DNA from: Eubacteriales bacterium
GTDB taxonomy: Bacteria; Bacillota; Clostridia; Oscillospirales; CAG-272
Length of the DNA: 64,000 bases
NCBI GenBank assembly: GCA_045542075.1
Contig: JAZQKI010000042.1
Coordinates: forward strand, 19,114 to 83,113
Direction of reading: 5' to 3'
Notes under the pieces: model-generated
The model's input: the letters and a program-made list of their open reading frames with translations, nothing else
Database searches by the model: none
What the model was told of the DNA's origin: nothing
Shown: piece by piece, positions 17,502 to 27,946 of the stretch
Numbering within the stretch: the stretch's first letter is position 1
How the letters are laid out: each line of letters starts with the position of its first letter
Program-made: the position numbers and the translations under genes

Positions 17502-20303
17502 TTATTTTAATATTTTCATTTTTGCTTTGAGCCGCAGCTCGAACTTGTCGCAAATTATATCGATTACAAAACAGGCTACAAGAAATGCGGGTATAAGAAT
17601 CAGCGACCACACGTCGAATTCTCCGCCGCAAAACTCACCGATTATATTATTGGGCAACGAAAGCAGACTCTTGTATTCTCCCTTTGTTACAGCGTTTACG
17701 ATATACAGTCCCGCACTCGCGGTGAGCGGCAAGGCTACTGCTATCGTGGAAATTATCATAATCAGATTGAGCTTTGTATTTTTGGAGCTTGATTCCGAAT
17801 ACTCCTTTTTTGCGTTGAGCATATCGTATATGCACAAAACGAATGCGGACACAAATACCGCAAGCGCAATTCCCTCTCTGCTCACAATACCGCAAAGCAC
17901 GAGCACCAGCGCGATAATAAAGAACAGTACAAGTCCTATGCCGCGCGCAAATATATGCGGCAGGCTTGATTTTATCAAGGCTTCGGGGAGCGCGATAAAT
18001 CCTCGCTTTGTCTGGCGGAGTATCTCTCGCTTGGGATCACTGTGAGCAAAGCAGTAAAGTCCGAGAACGCAAGTAATCAGATACAGCGCGGAGATCTGCA
18101 AGGGATTTATAAGCATAAGTCCCGAGATCGCGGACAGCAGAACAAGAGTTGTCAGCGTAGCCGTCTGCATAGTGATAAATTTAAGATAATATGAAAGGTT
18201 TATATATGCTGAGGACGAAATATCCGCGGCGTTAAGTATTCCCTCAAGACCGCCGTCCTTGCGTTTGACAAGCATATCTGCTGCCACCCTGCTTCTCTGA
18301 GACGATATGTGTGACGTCTCGCCGCCCTCGTCGGGAAAGCTCTCGTAGAAGGAATCTTTATATTCTTCGCTATCATATTCTATATTGTTGCAGGTTACAA
18401 AGCAGTCCGTAAGAGTCATGAGGCTATTGAATCTGTCCTCTATTCCATAGGATACTATTACCTTGCCATGTGAGTGCATATAGCTTATCAGCGCAGAATA
18501 TTCACTCATATCAAAACCGAGATATGCTCTGTATCTGCCAAAGTCAGAGGTTATATTAAGTCCGTTTTGCCTGAAGTGAGACGCATAGGCAATTTTTTTG
18601 TCGTTGGGTGATGCGACTATCCCTGACTGTATAAGATATTTTATATTCTCTGCGCTCTCGTCCGCCATAAACGCAGTCAGCGAAATTCCCATTTCCCTGT
18701 ACTGCTCAAGTGCTTCCCCAAGGCGGTCAACGGTATGCTCCTCAAAGGCAATAATGCCCTCAAGCACAGTGCTTCTTGAATTACCGCTTGACTTACCCGC
18801 CTCCTCGGAAAGCACGAACATAAGCCTCTCACCCGATTCAATACACTCGTCAATATATGTAAGAATACGGTCCTTGAGGTTTTCGTCTATTTCCACCGTC
18901 ATATCTCCGACACTCAGGTATCTGCAGCTTGTCAGAACGGACTCGTCGGGAGAAAGAGTTATTCTCACGTTAGCTCCCGAGGATTCGGCACACGCCGAGC
19001 CCATAGAATCTGCCTCAAGATAATAAAGCGAGCTCAAACGGAGATCAGCCGCTTCTTTATCGTACCCCATCTGTGTTATAAACGCATCAAGACCCTTTCT
19101 GTACGTGTCTATCTGTGGGATGCTCCTGCTCTCTGCTACCTTGAGGTAGGTATATATGTACTCGCAAAGACGGTGAGCCCTGTCGGGCTTGGTTTCTATC
19201 ATCTGACGGTCAAGCTTTCTTCCCGAGACAAAAAGGCTTGAATGGTGCAGCTCGCCGTCGGTAATTCCCGCACGTCCGAGAAGAACAACATCTGAAAAGC
19301 CTGTGAATATATCAAATGCTTTATTCTTCTTGATGACGGTACCGCCCGTCAGCTTGTCCGCGGAGGACTTGAAGATAAATTTAGCGCAGACATCAGCGAG
19401 GGTGGGTGAAATAAACAGCAGGCTTGATACAGCCATAAGAAAAGCGACAAAAAAGTCAACTCTCTGCAGAGTGAACATTTCAAGAACCACAACCGCAAGA
19501 ATGAAAAGCGAGGCAAAGATACTGACCTTTCCAAGAAGAGACATTATCCTTGAAATTCCGAGAGGTCTTGGGATATCCCCCGTCATCTCACCGTTATTGA
19601 GGTGTCCCGCAAGCAGAGTGTCCTCCGCTACGGCTACTGCAACAGCGCTGCCGCTGCCGCTTATTACAACGCTTCCCGCAAGAATAATATTCTGCGCATC
19701 CTCAAAGGAGACGGAGGTATCCGTGCCGTATAGCTTCTGAGCGTTTTTGGCAACACGGCGGCGTATAAGCTTGCCGTCAGAGGTATCGAACACAAATTCG
19801 TCGACGACAAGGTCAACACTCTCATAAAGTCTTGCATCACAGGTTATGACGTCTCCCGCGGAGAAAACTATAATATCTCCCTGCGCGATATTTCTGCTGT
19901 CTGTATGCTTTGTCGCCTTTGAGCGTATGACCTTTACCGTGGGATTGGAGTACAGATCGGCTTTTTGCTTTGCTTTTGAGGAAATCAGATCAAGTATCCC
20001 CAAAAATATTCCTTGTGTCAGGAGCAATACAATTGCCCACGCTCCGAAATATACCTCGTTTTTGAAAAAGGCAAACAGAGCGATAACAAGATAAAGTATA
20101 TAGGTAATACTCGCAAACGGAGAAAATATACATCTGAGTATTTTTCTCGGCTTTTTAAGATAAAGCGGGGCACGGTTTTTCTTTCCGTCGAGTGTATCCC
20201 CCTCTATCCTATCCTCCGCTTGCTTTCGGGAAAGTCCGTTTTGAACGGAGGTATTCAGCTTTTGCTCTGTCTCTGCGACAGTTAAAGAATGCCACGCTTC
20301 CAT
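17502..20303 (-). CDS. P-type-ATPase-like membrane protein with degenerate catalytic motifs
   Basis: 933 aa. It has a cation-ATPase N-terminal domain (SLTVAETEQKLNTSVQNGLS) and about 10 TM segments in the P-type arrangement. DKTGT reads GRAGITDG, TGES reads DTSDGK, TGD reads MAD, and GDGxND reads GIEDRFN. Confidence 0.8.
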   Translation of the reverse strand: MEAWHSLTVAETEQKLNTSVQNGLSRKQAEDRIEGDTLDGKKNRAPLYLKKPRKILRCIFSPFASITYILYLVIALFAFFKNEVYFGAWAIVLLLTQGIFLGILDLISSKAKQKADLYSNPTVKVIRSKATKHTDSRNIAQGDIIVFSAGDVITCDARLYESVDLVVDEFVFDTSDGKLIRRRVAKNAQKLYGTDTSVSFEDAQNIILAGSVVISGSGSAVAVAVAEDTLLAGHLNNGEMTGDIPRPLGISRIMSLLGKVSIFASLFILAVVVLEMFTLQRVDFFVAFLMAVSSLLFISPTLADVCAKFIFKSSADKLTGGTVIKKNKAFDIFTGFSDVVLLGRAGITDGELHHSSLFVSGRKLDRQMIETKPDRAHRLCEYIYTYLKVAESRSIPQIDTYRKGLDAFITQMGYDKEAADLRLSSLYYLEADSMGSACAESSGANVRITLSPDESVLTSCRYLSVGDMTVEIDENLKDRILTYIDECIESGERLMFVLSEEAGKSSGNSRSTVLEGIIAFEEHTVDRLGEALEQYREMGISLTAFMADESAENIKYLIQSGIVASPNDKKIAYASHFRQNGLNITSDFGRYRAYLGFDMSEYSALISYMHSHGKVIVSYGIEDRFNSLMTLTDCFVTCNNIEYDSEEYKDSFYESFPDEGGETSHISSQRSRVAADMLVKRKDGGLEGILNAADISSSAYINLSYYLKFITMQTATLTTLVLLSAISGLMLINPLQISALYLITCVLGLYCFAHSDPKREILRQTKRGFIALPEALIKSSLPHIFARGIGLVLFFIIALVLVLCGIVSREGIALAVFVSAFVLCIYDMLNAKKEYSESSSKNTKLNLIMIISTIAVALPLTASAGLYIVNAVTKGEYKSLLSLPNNIIGEFCGGEFDVWSLILIPAFLVACFVIDIICDKFELRLKAKMKILK

Positions 20304-20333
20304 AGGCTTTCCCTTTCTAAAAGTTATTTTTTA

Positions 20334-22697
20334 TCAAAGACATTCAACAGCAAGCTCGCCATCGCGGACAAATATCTTTGCCACGCTTACAGTCTTATCA
20401 TAGTCGGATATTATCAGCTCAGAAAGCTTATCCTCTATATGCTTCTGAATATATCTTCTCATATTTCTTGCGCCGTACTTCTGAGAATAGGATTTCTCCG
20501 CGATATACGCCGCCGCTTCATCGGTATATTCAAGCTTTATTCCCTTATCGACCAGAAGCTCCGACAGCTGACCAAGCATAATCCTTGCTATCTTTGTGAA
20601 ATCTGCTTTTGTCAGACTGTTAAACGTGATTATCTCGTCAACACGGTTGATAAATTCGGGGCGTAGGAAGGTAGAAAGCGCCTTTTCGGTCTTTTCGGCA
20701 CTTCCCTTTGCCTCGTCGGGCAAAAATCCTACGACTCCCGCAGCCTTGTCAGAGCCCGCGTTTGTCGTCATAACGATCACGGTGTTCTCAAAATTCACCG
20801 TACGGCCGTGAGCGTCTGAAATTCGTCCGTCGTCAAGTATCTGCAACAGAATGTTGAGAACGTCGGGGTGAGCCTTCTCTATCTCATCGAAAAGCACGAC
20901 GGAATAAGGCTTACGTCTTATTTTCTCGGTGAGCTGTCCCGCATCGTCATATCCGAGATATCCGGGAGGAGAGCCGATAATGCGGGACACGGCATGCTTC
21001 TCCATAAACTCGGACATGTCAAGTCTTATAAGGTTTTCGGGTGAGTCAAACAGGTCTGCCGCGAGCGTCTTTACAAGCTCGGTCTTTCCCACTCCCGTAG
21101 GTCCTGCGAAAATAAAGGATACCGGCTTACGCTTGTAGGATATACCCGCTCTGTTTCTCTTTACGGCTCTCGCCACAGCCTCGACCGCGTGGTCCTGTCC
21201 TACAACGTGAGACTTGAGTCTCTCTGCGAGCATATCTATTCTCTTATATTCGTTTTCGGTAATGCTGGTTGCGGGAACACCCGTCCAGATCTCAATGACC
21301 TTAGCAAGATTTTCCTCGGAAAGCAGAATTTTTTCGCACTCAGCCTCAAGTTCCTTGAGACGGTTGGAGAGCTTTATCTCCTCAGACTGTATTTTTGCTA
21401 TTGTCTCATACTTCTTCTGGCTCTGCTTATCATCGTTTGTTATCTCGTTTTCGACAAGCTCTCTCTCCTGCTTGAGTCTGAGAAGTCTGTCGTGTATATC
21501 AAGAGACTCGTTTATTGACGAGCAGGACAATGAAAGCTGCGCCGCTGCCTCGTCAAGCAGGTCTATCGCCTTATCGGGAAGATATCTGTCCGTGATGTAT
21601 CTCTCGGAGAGTATTACCGCGCGGCGAAGAATGCCCTCGGGTATGTGTATTCTGTGGAACTGCTCGTAATAATGGCTTATGCCCTTAAGCATCTCGACTG
21701 CCTCAGAAATAGAGGGCTCGTTTACGGTTATAGGCTGGAATCTACGCTCAAGAGCAGAGTCCTTCTCTATATATTTACGGTATTCAGTAAGAGTAGTCGC
21801 GCCGATCACCCTTACCTCGCCGCGTGAGAGTGCGGGCTTTAAGATATTTGCCGCGTTTACGCTTCCCTCTCCTCCGCCCGTGCCGACGATGTTATGAAGC
21901 TCATCGATAACGAGAATGGCGTTTCCGTGATCCTTGACCTCAGAAAGAAGTCCGAGGATCCTGGACTCGAACTGTCCGCGGAACTGTGTGCCTGCGACAA
22001 GCGCGGTGAGATCGACAAGGAAAATCTCCTTATCCTTCAAAAGATAAGGCACGTTACCCTCGGCTATTCTTATTGCAAGTCCCTCGGCAATAGCCGTTTT
22101 ACCAACACCAGGCTCACCTATAAGGCAGGGGTTGTTCTTTTGTCTGCGGCAGAGTATCTGTATAACTCTGTCAGTCTCATTTTGTCTGCCGACTATTCTG
22201 TCGAGCTTGCCGCGCCTTGCGTACTCGGTGAGATTTCGACAGTATGACGTTAAAAATTTATACTGCTTCTTTGGAGGCGTGTTCTTATCCGCCTTGCCTC
22301 TTTGTCTTCTGGGAATATCCGCGTTTGGCTGTGCGGGAAGATTTCCGTTGCTTTGCGCGGGCAGATTTCCGCCCATCATTTCAGACAGACCGCTATCACG
22401 GAAGAGCTTTTGAAAATCTATTGCGGGCGCGGTAGCGTCTCCATTTTCATCGTATCCGTCGGAATCCTCGTCAAAATCCGCGTTTTCAAGCACCTCGCCA
22501 AGCTCGTTTTCAAGATTTTCGATCTGCTCGGGAGAAATACCCATCTTTTTATAGATATCCCCCATCATATTTTCAACGGGAAGTCCAAGCTCCTTGGCGC
22601 AAGGAGTACAAAGTCCTTCGGACTTTTTTTCACCCATTTCAACCTTTGTCACGAAAATTACTGCCATTCTCTTATGGCATCTGGAACATTTAATCAT
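20334..22697 (-). CDS. clpE: Clp/Hsp100 ATPase with an N-terminal zinc finger (ClpE-type)
   Basis: 787 aa with two AAA modules ([13 protein letters not shown]; [13 protein letters not shown]) and a ClpP-docking VGF loop. There is no Clp_N repeat. Instead it has CSRCHK...CTPC and a low-complexity linker with tandem GNLPAQ(S/P)N. Confidence 0.85.
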   Translation of the reverse strand: MIKCSRCHKRMAVIFVTKVEMGEKKSEGLCTPCAKELGLPVENMMGDIYKKMGISPEQIENLENELGEVLENADFDEDSDGYDENGDATAPAIDFQKLFRDSGLSEMMGGNLPAQSNGNLPAQPNADIPRRQRGKADKNTPPKKQYKFLTSYCRNLTEYARRGKLDRIVGRQNETDRVIQILCRRQKNNPCLIGEPGVGKTAIAEGLAIRIAEGNVPYLLKDKEIFLVDLTALVAGTQFRGQFESRILGLLSEVKDHGNAILVIDELHNIVGTGGGEGSVNAANILKPALSRGEVRVIGATTLTEYRKYIEKDSALERRFQPITVNEPSISEAVEMLKGISHYYEQFHRIHIPEGILRRAVILSERYITDRYLPDKAIDLLDEAAAQLSLSCSSINESLDIHDRLLRLKQERELVENEITNDDKQSQKKYETIAKIQSEEIKLSNRLKELEAECEKILLSEENLAKVIEIWTGVPATSITENEYKRIDMLAERLKSHVVGQDHAVEAVARAVKRNRAGISYKRKPVSFIFAGPTGVGKTELVKTLAADLFDSPENLIRLDMSEFMEKHAVSRIIGSPPGYLGYDDAGQLTEKIRRKPYSVVLFDEIEKAHPDVLNILLQILDDGRISDAHGRTVNFENTVIVMTTNAGSDKAAGVVGFLPDEAKGSAEKTEKALSTFLRPEFINRVDEIITFNSLTKADFTKIARIMLGQLSELLVDKGIKLEYTDEAAAYIAEKSYSQKYGARNMRRYIQKHIEDKLSELIISDYDKTVSVAKIFVRDGELAVECL

Positions 22698-22710
22698 AAT
22701 CTTATCTCTT

Positions 22711-23205
22711 TCACATTAAAACATCTTTTATAAATCCAAAAATGTTGCTTTCATTTATAAATTTGAATACGTGCGAATTATTGTAGACCTCAATATAGGC
22801 CTGGTTATTTGAGATCCAGGTCATAGCCGACAGTAAACTGTTCAGCATTACTGCGATAAGCGAGACCGTAAGCACGCCAAGTGCCGCTCCTATAAGAATC
22901 CCAAGCAGCTTATCTATTTTGCTGACAAGCGGTATCCTGATCTGCCTGAATATATACATCAGGACCGTTGCCCCGACAAATGTCACGGCAAACACAGAAA
23001 TATATCCAAGCACTCGGGAGAAAAAGCCTCCGTTACCGAATGCATCTCCAATGGCAGGACCCAACGCGAGTGCCGACAAAAAAGACAAAATTATCCTCGC
23101 AAAACCAAGCACTACTCCCGTGAGTCCGCGCCGCCAACCCAAAAAGATTTGGAGAGCCAAAACCAAAATCAGAATAACGTCAATAATTCCACTCATATTA
23201 CTCAC
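22711..23205 (-). CDS. cvpA: CvpA-family membrane protein
   Basis: 164 aa, 4 TM, N-terminus IIDVILILVLALQIFLGWRRGL typical of CvpA. Confidence 0.75.
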   Translation of the reverse strand: MSNMSGIIDVILILVLALQIFLGWRRGLTGVVLGFARIILSFLSALALGPAIGDAFGNGGFFSRVLGYISVFAVTFVGATVLMYIFRQIRIPLVSKIDKLLGILIGAALGVLTVSLIAVMLNSLLSAMTWISNNQAYIEVYNNSHVFKFINESNIFGFIKDVLM

Positions 23206-24551
23206 TCCATATCAAAATAAATTCCACGTGAGTCTGTACAAAGAAGAACCTTATCTTTACTGCACACAAGAAGCTCTCCAAACGTGTCGGTGCTCTCCTT
23301 GAAGGCAGTTATTTTCGTTTTACTGTTAAATTTACAAATTCCGTTGTTTGTAAGCAGAAATACGTAGCTGCCGTACATTTCCATGTCCGTAAAGCTTCCG
23401 CTTATCTGCCCGCAATATACCTGTCTGCCGTTTTTGTTGAGAACCGCGAGAGTATTCTGACCGTTTATAAGGTCGTCCTCAAACAAAAGCGACACTCCGC
23501 CCTGCGTGTGGGATATGTATGCAAGCCTTGAGTCTGGATACATATATTCCCCTTTAAGCTTTCCACGGAGATTATACACGCAGACTCTATCGCTGTAAAA
23601 TACCGCGATACGGTTATCGGAAATAAATCCGCAGGTGTACGGCGAGAGATTTCCAACGTCTATTTGCGCGTGTATTTTTTTCTTATTTTTCTTAAGGACC
23701 GTGAGTGTTGACGTCATTTCGCCGTGATCAGCTGACGAGGATATCACCGCTGTGTATTTGCCGTTTTGCGACATCTCTGCCGCTATAACGTACTCGTTGG
23801 TCGCATAGGCACTTATTCGGTTGCATTCATCATCATAAATATGAGTGACCGAATTATAGTCCTGTGTTTTTTCAACAATAACAAAGCCGCCGTCCTCGGA
23901 CATAGACGCATAGGCTATCGTACCGTCAAGCGTTACGGTTTCTATTTTTTTGAAGGAATTATATACGGCAAATCTGCTTCCGCCAAGGTCATACACGATA
24001 ACGTATTTATTTGACGAGATTATGGCGGGATTTGCAAATATATCGCCCGAGGTGAGAGTCACTCTGCCTGTGGCGTTGAATATCTTTACCTCGCTTCCCG
24101 ACGCTGCTACAAGTCCGTTTTTATAAAGCGCAAAATCGTCGTTTGTTGATGCCTTGGTATAATTCAGAATATGGGACGAGGATTCGGAATAGGAGTTCAT
24201 ATGCCATATATCCATGGCTGAGTAATACAGGTTATTGATATCCAACCGACCCGCGCTGAAGATAACTCCCAAAAGTATGGTCAGTATCAATATAATGATC
24301 AATATTTTTTTGAAAATGTTGAGCTTGATCGCAAAGTCGGCATATCCCGTATCACTTCCGCATCGCGCCTTGACGTAGGCTGCCTCCCTGGATACTATTT
24401 TTTTTACGGGAGTCAGTTTTCTAAGCCTTTCAAAGTGAAATATTGCCTTGCCAAGAAGGCTTACGTCGCTCTCTGACTCTTGCTTTTGTACTTTTGCTTT
24501 ACTTTTTTTGAGAGCTTCGCGCTCATCTCTTTTCATAAAAGGCATAGCCAT
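23202..24551 (-). CDS. Membrane-anchored hypothetical protein (beta-rich ectodomain; DUF5711-like by recollection)
   Basis: 449 aa with a charged N-terminus, a single TM (IIILILTILLGVIFS), then repetitive beta-strand-like sequence. No catalytic motif seen. Confidence 0.5.
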   Translation of the reverse strand: MAMPFMKRDEREALKKSKAKVQKQESESDVSLLGKAIFHFERLRKLTPVKKIVSREAAYVKARCGSDTGYADFAIKLNIFKKILIIILILTILLGVIFSAGRLDINNLYYSAMDIWHMNSYSESSSHILNYTKASTNDDFALYKNGLVAASGSEVKIFNATGRVTLTSGDIFANPAIISSNKYVIVYDLGGSRFAVYNSFKKIETVTLDGTIAYASMSEDGGFVIVEKTQDYNSVTHIYDDECNRISAYATNEYVIAAEMSQNGKYTAVISSSADHGEMTSTLTVLKKNKKKIHAQIDVGNLSPYTCGFISDNRIAVFYSDRVCVYNLRGKLKGEYMYPDSRLAYISHTQGGVSLLFEDDLINGQNTLAVLNKNGRQVYCGQISGSFTDMEMYGSYVFLLTNNGICKFNSKTKITAFKESTDTFGELLVCSKDKVLLCTDSRGIYFDME

Positions 24552-24578
24552 ACCTCCCTTCTCAAAAATAATACAGAT

Positions 24579-25337
24579 TTAATACTGTACCCTGTTCAAA
24601 TACAAGCCGTGTGCGGGGGCGGTCATTCCCGCGCGGCTTCTGTCACATGAGCTGATTATATCGGATATCTCCTCGGGGGATATTTTATCCTCTGCGACCG
24701 AGATAAGAGTTCCTGTGAGTATCCTCACCATATTGTAGAGAAATCCGTCTGCCGCAACGCTGAAAATAATAATATCGCCCTTACGCTCGACACTTGCGTA
24801 ATGAATATTGCGCACTGTACTTTCCACATTTGAGCCCTGAGCCATAAATGCGGAAAAATCATGCTCACCGATCAGCATTTGCGCTGCCTTGTTCATATTG
24901 TCAAGCGCGGAGTCTGATATATATCTCGGATAATGCAGACTTCTGCCCTCCTCAAAGGGCTCGCGCTCGCGTCTGTTGTATATGCGGTAGATATATTCCT
25001 TGTATTTAACGTCATATCTTGGGTGAAAATCACTCTCACGCCATTCTGCTCTCCACACCGAAATGTCGGGCGGAAGATGTGCGTTAATAGCGCTTGGAAT
25101 CTTTTCTGTGCCGATATGAGTATCAAGCGTGTCCTCGCCCTTTTTGGTGACTGTGGCACAGAACATATTTGCGTGAACTCCGCTGTCTGTTCGGCTGCAT
25201 CCCGTAATATCGCAATCATAACCGAATAGCTCTTTTGCGGCACGGCAAAGCTCACCCTGTACCGTGCGGCGCCCGGGCTGCACCTGATAGCCGCAAAAGT
25301 CACTGCCAAGATAGGACAAATAAAGAAGTAATTTCAT
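24579..25337 (-). CDS. truA: tRNA pseudouridine(38-40) synthase
   Basis: 252 aa with YLGSDFCGYQVQ and the catalytic GCSRTDSGVHA motif. Confidence 0.93.
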   Translation of the reverse strand: MKLLLYLSYLGSDFCGYQVQPGRRTVQGELCRAAKELFGYDCDITGCSRTDSGVHANMFCATVTKKGEDTLDTHIGTEKIPSAINAHLPPDISVWRAEWRESDFHPRYDVKYKEYIYRIYNRREREPFEEGRSLHYPRYISDSALDNMNKAAQMLIGEHDFSAFMAQGSNVESTVRNIHYASVERKGDIIIFSVAADGFLYNMVRILTGTLISVAEDKISPEEISDIISSCDRSRAGMTAPAHGLYLNRVQY

Positions 25338-25349
25338 ATAGATCCTTTA

Positions 25350-26174
25350 TCAATTCATAGTATATCCAATGGAAATAATATTTATTACCACGATGCCGCC
25401 AATGAAGATGATCATTGTAGCAAGAGCAATAAAATCTCTGTACGAGAGCTTGAGGACCGTCATTCTTGTTCTTCCCTCGCCACCGCGATAGCAACGGCAG
25501 GTCATGGCTGTCGCAAGGTCTCCCGCACGTCTGAAAGCGGAGACAAACAGAGGTATTATAATGGGGATGAGCGCTTTTATACGCTTCATAAGCGGACCAT
25601 TGGAAAAGTCCGTGCCTCTCGCCTTCTGCGCAGCCATTATCTTTTCTGTTTCCTCAACTATCGTGGGGATAAAGCGCAATGCTATGGTCATCATCATAGC
25701 AAACTCATGAACAGGCACATGGAGCACCTTTAAGGGTGAGAAAAGCCTTTCAATAGCGTCCGTGAGCTGTATGGGCGTGGTCGTGTACGTCAGGAAAATG
25801 CTTGCGCCGATGATCATTGCAAGTATTCTTATAATGATAAACGCCGCGCTGTAAAGCCCGCTCTCATATATGGAGATAAATTTCCACGAGAACAAAAGCT
25901 CATGCTCCTCTCCCTTTGTTAAAAATATGTTGATTATAGCCGTAAAAATAATGATAAACGCTATTGCCTTTACAGACTTGAGAATTATTCTCATAGGTAT
26001 TTTGCTGAGCAGGATCAATGTGATCGTTGATGCAAAAAGCAAGCCGAAGGCTATGACGTTCTTGCAGAGAAATCCCGCTACGATATATGCTATCGCCAGA
26101 ATAAATTTCATTCTGGGGTCAAGGCGATGCAAAACTGATCCTGACGGATAATACTGACCTAAAGCTACGTTCAT
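25350..26174 (-). CDS. ecfT: ECF transporter transmembrane component
   Basis: 274 aa multi-TM protein with the conserved ARG...AMTCRCY coupling motifs. Lies in the ecfA-ecfA-ecfT-truA order. Confidence 0.9.
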   Translation of the reverse strand: MNVALGQYYPSGSVLHRLDPRMKFILAIAYIVAGFLCKNVIAFGLLFASTITLILLSKIPMRIILKSVKAIAFIIIFTAIINIFLTKGEEHELLFSWKFISIYESGLYSAAFIIIRILAMIIGASIFLTYTTTPIQLTDAIERLFSPLKVLHVPVHEFAMMMTIALRFIPTIVEETEKIMAAQKARGTDFSNGPLMKRIKALIPIIIPLFVSAFRRAGDLATAMTCRCYRGGEGRTRMTVLKLSYRDFIALATMIIFIGGIVVINIISIGYTMN

Positions 26175-27031
26175 TTTGCGTCACCTCCAAATATACTGAG
26201 AAGTGCGCTCTCCGCCGCCTCAACGGTGTATATATTACGACCAAGGCTTACTCCGAGGGCTTCAAGCTCAAGCACAAGCTCGGTTATCTGTGGAATATTG
26301 AGTCCCATTTTCTGAAGCTCCTCGCCTCTTGAAAATATCTCGTCCTTTGAGCCGCACATTGCGACCTCGCCCTGATTCATTACAATAAGCTCATCGCAGT
26401 ATTTAGCCATATCCTCCATACTGTGACTTACAATAATCACAGAGGCTTTATTCTCTTTTGCGTATCTGCGTATTCCGTCAAAAATGGCATTTCTTCCCGC
26501 TGGATCAAGACCCGCGGCGGGTTCGTCAAGCACAAGCACCTCGGGACTCATAGCCATAACTCCCGCTATAGCCGCGCGGCGCTTTTGTCCGCCCGACAGA
26601 TCAAAGGGAGATTTATCAAGCATAGACAACTCAAGACCCACAAAGTCTGCCGCAAGCATTACGCGACGCTTTATTTCCGAGTCATCAAGCCCCATATTCT
26701 TCGGGCCGTATGATATATCCTTAAATACGGTATCCTCGAAAAGCTGATATTCGGGATACTGCATTACAAGTCCGACCTTAAATCTTACTTTACCTATTTC
26801 CTTGGGGTTTTCCCATATATCCTTGCCGTCAAGCAAAATTCTGCCCTCTGTTGGTCTTACAAGTCCGTTGAACATCTGAACAAGCGTTGATTTTCCCGAG
26901 CCTGTGTGACCTATGATTCCCGTTATGCAATTCTCTTTTATCTCAGTATTTACGCTCTTGAGCGCCTTTACCTCAAAAGGAGTTTTCGGGCTATAAACGT
27001 AAGATACATTTTCAATTGTAAGCTTTGGCAT
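26171..27031 (-). CDS. ecfA: ECF transporter ATPase (EcfA2)
   Basis: Walker A GHTGSGKST, signature LSGGQKRR, Walker B LVLDEPAAGLD. Confidence 0.9.
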   Translation of the reverse strand: MPKLTIENVSYVYSPKTPFEVKALKSVNTEIKENCITGIIGHTGSGKSTLVQMFNGLVRPTEGRILLDGKDIWENPKEIGKVRFKVGLVMQYPEYQLFEDTVFKDISYGPKNMGLDDSEIKRRVMLAADFVGLELSMLDKSPFDLSGGQKRRAAIAGVMAMSPEVLVLDEPAAGLDPAGRNAIFDGIRRYAKENKASVIIVSHSMEDMAKYCDELIVMNQGEVAMCGSKDEIFSRGEELQKMGLNIPQITELVLELEALGVSLGRNIYTVEAAESALLSIFGGDAK

Positions 27032-27052
27032 TTATGCCGTTACCTCCTTGTG

Positions 27053-27922
27053 TCAGCTTTTTACTCCGAGCGCGTCGGCTAAAGCCTTGGCGCAATTTTG
27101 GGGGGTGTTTGACGTTCCCTTTATTTTTATTCCCTTTTTCTTAAGTCGCTCTGTCAGATCAATGCACTGCGGCAAATCAAGTCCTGCGGCGCGGAGTATC
27201 TCGGACTGAGCAAATACCTCTCCGGGTGTACCCTGAAGTATGACCGAGCCGTTGTTGAATACGATTATTCTGTCTGCTCTTGCCGCCTCGTCCATATAGT
27301 GAGTTATATTGACGGTGGTGATATTCATTTCTCTGTTGAGCTTTTCAATGGTTGAGATAACCTCGCGCCTGCCTATCGGATCAAGCATTGCGGTTGACTC
27401 GTCAAATATCATACACTCGGGCATCATTGCGATAATTCCCGCTATTGCGACTCTCTGCTTTTGTCCGCCCGAAAGTCTGTGAGGCTCATGGCGGGCAAAT
27501 TTTGTCATGCCCACGGTTGCGAGAGCATCATCAACACGGCGTCGTATCTCCTCTCTGGGCAGACCAAGATTTTCAGGGCCGAAGGCTACGTCCTCCTCCA
27601 CTATCGTGGCTACGAGCTGATTGTCGGGATTCTGGAATACCATTCCCACTCTCTTGCGTATCTCGTAGGTCTCGTCCTCGGTCATATCCTCGCTCAGAAT
27701 ATTCTTGCCGTCGATAAGTATGCTGCCGTCAAGATAATCATAATCGTCTATGACCATTGTAAGAAGCTTTGCAAACGTAGACTTTCCCGAGCCGTTATGA
27801 CCGAGAATTGCAACGTATTCACCCTTCTGGATCTCAAATGAGAGATTATTCAGGGCGCGGACAGGCGTGCCTTCGTTTTCACTGTATGCATAGCTTAAAT
27901 TTTTAACCTCTATAAAAGCCAT
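27053..27922 (-). CDS. ecfA: ECF transporter ATPase (EcfA1)
   Basis: Walker A GHNGSGKST, signature LSGGQKQR, Walker B MIFDESTAMLD. Confidence 0.9.
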   Translation of the reverse strand: MAFIEVKNLSYAYSENEGTPVRALNNLSFEIQKGEYVAILGHNGSGKSTFAKLLTMVIDDYDYLDGSILIDGKNILSEDMTEDETYEIRKRVGMVFQNPDNQLVATIVEEDVAFGPENLGLPREEIRRRVDDALATVGMTKFARHEPHRLSGGQKQRVAIAGIIAMMPECMIFDESTAMLDPIGRREVISTIEKLNREMNITTVNITHYMDEAARADRIIVFNNGSVILQGTPGEVFAQSEILRAAGLDLPQCIDLTERLKKKGIKIKGTSNTPQNCAKALADALGVKS

Positions 27923-27946
27923 TTTTCTCTCCGATAATAAACTTTA

